Shown here: one piece after another, positions 48,864 to 64,000 of the stretch | Numbering within the stretch: the stretch's first letter is position 1 | How the letters are laid out: each line of letters opens with the position of its first letter | Program-made: the position numbers and the translations under genes | Notes under the pieces: generated by a model | Told to the model about the DNA's origin: nothing | Database searches by the model: none | The model's input: only the letters and a program-made list of their open reading frames with translations | From: Eledone cirrhosa | Taxonomy: Eukaryota | Reading direction: 5' to 3' | DNA length: 64,000 nt | NCBI GenBank assembly: GCA_964016885.1 | Contig: OZ024751.1 | Span: forward strand, 27,590,001 to 27,654,000

Positions 48864-49813
48864 CCTTAGATCATAGGTCAGCTAGATCATAACTGGACTA
48901 CCTTAGATCATAGGTCAGCTAGATCATAACTGGGATACCTTAGATCATAGGTCAGCTAGATCATAACTGGGATACCTTAGATCATAGGTCAGCTAGATCA
49001 TAACTGGACTACCTTAGATCATAGGTCAGCTAGATCATAACTGGGATACCTTAGATCATAGGTCAGCTAGATCATAACTGGGATACCTTAGATCATAGGT
49101 CAGCTAGATCATAACTGGACTACCTTAGATCATAGGTCAGCTAGATCATAACTGGGATACCTTAGATCATAGGTCAGCTTGATCATAACTGGGATACCTT
49201 AGATCATAGGTCAGCTAGATCATAACTGGACTACCTTAGATCATAGGTCAGCTAGATCATAACTGGACTACCTTAGATCATAGGTCAGCTAGATCATAAC
49301 TGGGATACCTTAGATCATAGGTCAGCTAGATCATAACTGGGATACCTTAGATCATAGGTCAGCTAGATCATAACTGGGATACCTTAGATCATAGGTCAGC
49401 TAGATCATAACTGGGATACCTTAGATCATAGGTCAGCTAGATCATAACTGGACTACCTTAGATCATAGGTCAGCTAGATCATAACTGGGATACCTTAGAT
49501 CATAGGTCAGCTAGATCATAACTGGGATACCTTAGATCATAGGTCAGCTAGATCATAACTGGGATACCTTAGATCATAGGTCAGCTAGATCATAACTGGG
49601 ATCCCTTAGATCATAGGTCAGCTAGATCATAACTGGACTACCTTAGATCATAGGTCAGCTTGATCATAACTGGGATACCTTAGATCATAGGTCAGCTTGA
49701 TCATAACTGGGATACCTTAGATCATAGGTCAGCTAGATCATAACTGGACTACCTTAGATCATAGGTCAGCTTGATCATAACTGGGATACCTTAGATCATA
49801 GGTCAGCTAGATC
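48864..49813. repeat. 37-bp minisatellite (ccttagatcataggtcagctagatcataactgggata), about 25 copies
   Basis: Highly homogeneous tandem units with gggata/ggacta variants. Confidence 0.97.
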
Positions 49814-50214
49814 AGGGCTGGTTTGTCATCAAACAACAACATGAATATATTGAGGACTCTCTTTCGATGCACACACACACACACAAACATATATATGACC
49901 TTCTTAATGCCAACCACTTTACAGAATGTACAGAGAGCTTTTATTGTGGCACCACCTTACAGAGTGGCCTGTATGTTTTTTTACATGACAACCATGCATT
50001 CACCTTACAAGGTGAACTGAGTACCTTTTGTATATTGGTTGCACAAACAAAGCATCCAGTACTTAAATAGGTTAGCATTACAGAGATCTGTATTGTTGTT
50101 GAGCTGCCCAGTGGAGGTGAATGTATCATCTGAAGTTGAAGATAAAAACAGTTTCTATGATGAAAGCTAATGAGGAATTTACAGCTTCTTTATCCAAAAT
50201 GTAGATTTGAATTT

Positions 50215-50435
50215 CTGTTACTATAGGTAACAGTTGTCTATGTTGTCTAACATACCTGTTACCATAGGTAACAGTTGTCTATGTTGTCTAACATACCTGT
50301 TACCATAGGTAACAGTTGTCTATGTTCTCTAACATACCTGTTACCATAGGTAACAGTTGTCTATGTTCTCTAACATACCTGTTACCATAGGTAACAGTTG
50401 TCTATGTTCTCTAACATACCTGTTACCATAGCTAC
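50215..50435. repeat. 41-bp minisatellite containing the palindrome CTGTTACC-ATA-GGTAACAG
   Basis: GTTAC starts at 50217, 50258, 50299, 50340, 50381 and 50422. Confidence 0.93.
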
Positions 50436-51291
50436 AATGATCTATGAAATGTTTAGACCTCCTTAAGTTCAGAGAACAGATATAATTACTGTTGAGTCAG
50501 TCATTGGAACTTCCTGCTCATGAAAGTGGCTGAGTATTCCACAGACACATGTATCCTTAACACGATACTGGTTTTGATAAGGATGGCCCTTCAATTACTG
50601 GTACACCTCAGTTTTGCCAATTGAATGGAGTGTAGCAACATTTGTTTAATAACACAATCTGCAGCAAGGAATTGAGCTAATAACCTTACAATCATGAAAC
50701 AACCACATTAACCACTAAACCACATGCTTTCACAGCTATGAAGCTACAGAGTGAAATATAAACCTGGAAATTTTGAGTTTTTCCAACAAAGATCAAAACA
50801 AACTCATAAGCTCCATATCCAATTAATTAACTGTACAGTGAAGATTCTCCAGTTATATGGAATGAGAGTATACACTTGTGTACATATAACATAAACACAT
50901 CTGTAAAGCACAGTCACACACACAAGCATTCATATACTAAAGAAATATGTGTCCTTATAGCATGAGTCCAAGTACATATATCTACATAGATATATACACT
51001 CACACATTCACTTTTTTGTAACATTTTCAGAGAATGGAGGAGTAGAGCTTGAGTTTGTGTCAAACTTGTGGGGAACAACATACATGTTTGGACGTCATTG
51101 GAGCTCTTCAGAAAAGTATTTTTATTCACTTAGTAAGATAGCATGACTAGGATGATGAAATATATATTGGAACAGGAAAATGAATCATATCAGTGGTTCC
51201 CAATGTGGAGATTATAAAAGTAGTGGTGGTGAATCTTAACAGAACATGCACACTATTGTGTATCTGATCATCTTTATATATAAACACTTAC

Positions 51292-51324
51292 CTCTTTTCA
51301 TTGTTTTTCTTGATATAGAAATAT
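51292..51324 (-). other. Candidate 33-nt exon of an unidentified - strand transcript
   Basis: cttccag acceptor and AG|gtaagt donor; phase-compatible with a candidate exon starting at 50129. Confidence 0.3.
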
Positions 51325-53218
51325 CTGGAAGTTATTATAATGGAGGAGGTGTGATGTGGGTTGTTGGAAAATTCATGGCAAATATGGAACATATGAGCAG
51401 CTGGTAGAAACCATGGCAAATATGGAACATATGAGCAAGACGAGGTTGCTTTGACCCATGTAATATCTGAGCGTGATAGCCTGTCCAACCCATGCCAGCA
51501 TGGAAAGCAGACATGAACTATTGATGATGATGGTGGTAATGATAATGGTGATGGTGTCCATTGTTGGGAACCACTGAGGTATCCATTGATTATGTGTGGA
51601 GAGAGAGAGAAGGGGGGGGGGGGATTAAATTTGTATAGAATTAAGTAAACATTGGTCAAAACAGCAATGGTGGTAGTAGTGGTGTTTGTGACATCTTGCT
51701 AGGAATTCTGGCCATTTTCAAAACAATCTTATATTCTGTTTATATATTGTAATTTTGGTGTAATTTGGGGCAAACATAAATGAACTGAATTGAAAATTGC
51801 AAATAAATAAATAAATTGATGACCGTGGAAGGGCTGTTGATGGTGATAGTGGTGATGTAGTGGGAGTTTTAATGATGAGAATCATGATGATAGTGTTGGT
51901 GTTGGTGATGGTAGTGATGATGAGGATAGTGATAGTGGTGGTGGTGTTGTTTATGACAGTAGCACTAGATGAAATGATGATGATGATGATGAAATAATAA
52001 AAAAAGGTTAAGGTGTATTGTTTTATTGATAATGTACATTAAAATGTATATTAAATGACTGAGATGTAATGTGGAATTGTTAATCACAAGAATTTAATCT
52101 CAGATGTCTTGCTGCTATCTTCTTTAATTTCCTTCCTTAACGATTTCAAGTTTGGAACTTAAAAGCCACCTCTACTACAAATTAAATATTTTAACTAAAT
52201 ATTTAATATATATTCCATGGAATCTATTGTTCTATCTTATAGATGTTAATGAAAACTAAAAAAAAAAGAAAATACATCAGACAGACTTTATTTTTGACTG
52301 ATATATATAAAACTGAACTTCTTGTTTTTTTAACAACAATAAAATATTATTCCGTGTCAGTTGAGACAGACACACGAACAAACTCCGTTATTTTCATCAT
52401 AAGTCGGGTGGAGAATATTCTCAGTTGCCAGTAATAAAATTAGACCTTCCTACTTTAAACGCAAGTTACCCTGGGTAAATAGTTCTTCTTAATGGAATAA
52501 TACAAAGCTGCCTCCTCCTTGCAAGTATTACGGGGAGGAAAAACAGAATTATCAAAACGAAGAGTAACAGTAAGTTTTGGTCAGTATTTATAGAGAATTT
52601 TGTTCAGGTGACATGTCTTTTTTTTTTCGATTTTCTTGTTGGTAGTTATTAAATTAAGAATAAATGAAGAACTGAATAGATTAGTTGTTAAATAGATTCG
52701 CTAAAACTGAAAATTCCACCGAAGCACTACTATATGGTGTCTGCATGGTATATATTGATTTAGTGCGTTAGTTATGGGTAGCTTTCTCGTCACCGAGTCA
52801 ACGTATTGAAGGATGCTGCTGCTACTGGTCAGAAGGAATTAAGGAAAACCTCACAAATATTTAATATATAAGAGACCATTAGAAGGGACGTTACTTAAGT
52901 CTGCACCGCATCTTTCACTGTTTTCGATGCTACTACAGAAAGGCTGCTCCCTCAAACACTATAGTACTCAGTTTTTTTTTCTCTTTCAATATCATTTGAC
53001 ATTCGCTGGAGCCAAACTGAATGACAATAATGTGTGTGTATGTTATTTTCCCCCGACACGCGGGAACACAAGTCTAAAACATAAGATGTGGTCACTGAAG
53101 ACATCGGGGTCCATAATTGAACGTATTTTTCGTTCAGGATCACTGATCTCTCCCTAATTATATATATTCAACAACTGGAAATTGTCACCTCCTCGTAGAC
53201 TGTCAATTTGAACATACG

Positions 53219-53253
<35 letters not shown>

Positions 53254-53311
53254 TTATATATGCATGTATGCATATATATGAATTCACATGAGAGTGGCTA
53301 CTTTTTTACAG

Positions 53312-53361
53312 TATAGCCAAAGTGATGAAGTCATCCGTTTTGTAAGAGCTTTGCTGACCAG
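53312..53361 (+). other. Candidate 50-nt exon of an unidentified + strand transcript
   Basis: cttttttacag acceptor, CAG|gtgagt donor; possible upstream donor gtaagt at 52570. Confidence 0.35.
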
Positions 53362-53732
53362 GTGAGTAACTATTAACTATATACCATTCTTATAAAACAG
53401 CTGCTAAGATGTCCAATATTTCAGTTATTACCATCATCTATTTTCTTAGCTACATACACACTGCCTTAGTTGCAGTCATTCCAAATTTGGTGGGAATGCT
53501 TATACATAAACACACACACACATACATACAAACACACACACAACACAAATACATACACACACATACATCTACGTACATACACACACACACACATATACAC
53601 ATACATATATATATATGTATATAATACACATACATATATATATGTATATATATATATATACATGTATGTATATATATATGGATATATATACATGTATATA
53701 TATATATATACACATACATATATATATACATG

Positions 53733-53791
<59 letters not shown>

Positions 53792-54409
53792 ATGTATATG
53801 AATATATATACATGTATGTATATATATATACACATATATATGTGTATATATATATATATATACATGCACACATACATACGTACATGCACACACACATACA
53901 TATACGTACATAGACACACATACATACACACACATACGTACATACACACCCATACGTACACACACACATACGTACATACACATAAATACACACATACATA
54001 TACATACATACATATACATACGTACATACACACACACATAACTACATACATACACACAGATGTCTGCAACTCGATTTCGAGTAACGCCACCACTTGATAC
54101 TTAAGCATGAGCATCACAGATGTGGATTTTCAGTTCAGCTAGGGACTTGCCTGTGGCCAGCAATACCATTCATCGCAATAAATGTCACATATCAAGCGAT
54201 GACTGTGTTTGAAGATTTTTTAAGTGAGGAAAGGCTTTGCACGGGGCCAGTCCCACTTTCTGAACGTTGAATGTATTTACCCCAAAAAGAAGAACTGGTC
54301 TACATCATTGGATGTAAATGAAGTCGTAGGTTTTATATCAGAGTGACCTTCTCCAAGAGAGATGTCTTAAGGAAGACTAGGAGTCTCTCACTCCACAAAA
54401 AAGGTACTT

Positions 54410-54610
54410 TATTCGATGGTACTTTATTGGATGGCCGTTAACGCTCCTGAGTTCCTCCACTCTTTGACGAGTTTTGTTTTTCATCCCGCAGGGTGTCCCA
54501 AATCACCCTCCTCGCCAGGCAGGCTTGGTGGGGTTGCCGGTTTAGTCGCTGACGAACCGACCATGCACAGGTTGTACTGGGTTACATGTTACCTGTAGCG
54601 TTGAACAGCA
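54410..54610 (-). mobile_element. Interspersed repeat, probable RTE 5' region, inverted relative to the copy at 60075
   Basis: Reverse complement aligns with 60085-60270. Confidence 0.65.
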
Positions 54611-54619
54611 ATCTGTCAT

Positions 54620-63930
<9,311 letters not shown>

Positions 63931-64000
63931 CCACGGAATAGGCAGACCCAGAAAAACCTGGGACGAGCTGATAAACTCCGACCTCACACACTTACACCTC

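Noticed and set aside
48864-49813. 37-bp repeat array resembling a CRISPR repeat length
   Set aside because: Units are directly adjacent with no unique spacers, there are no cas genes, and the context is eukaryotic.
54500-54560. HDV-like ribozyme suggested by a tcctcgc motif
   Set aside because: The P1/P2/P3 pairings could not be built, and the motif is antisense to the presumed element.

Overview
AT-rich, repeat-dense animal DNA. The SINE/LINE repertoire and (TA)n load suggest a coleoid cephalopod, probably an octopod (inference). About 0.3-23.4 kb on the + strand is the 3' part of a multi-exon cytosolic carboxypeptidase gene (AGBL2/AGBL3, CCP2/3-like tubulin deglutamylase) that the ORF track misses. 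I reconstructed it by hand as a phase-consistent exon chain. It includes a GC-AG intron right after the catalytic Glu codon, a minisatellite of in-frame splice-acceptor copies and tandemly duplicated exons. Downstream on the - strand are two complete housekeeping genes with intron-free CDS, UTP15 (512 aa) and GMPS (687 aa); both are normally intron-rich in animals. The rest is decayed retroelements (RTE including a PHD-finger-bearing family, Tx1/L1, CRE, Penelope-like), SINEs, MITEs, several Penelope-type hammerhead ribozyme motifs (two look structurally intact), fold-back palindromes, minisatellites (one is an array of RFX X-box palindromes) and about 10 kb of degenerate (TA)n satellite. All identifications come from motif recognition by eye; no database searches were run, and TE boundaries are approximate.
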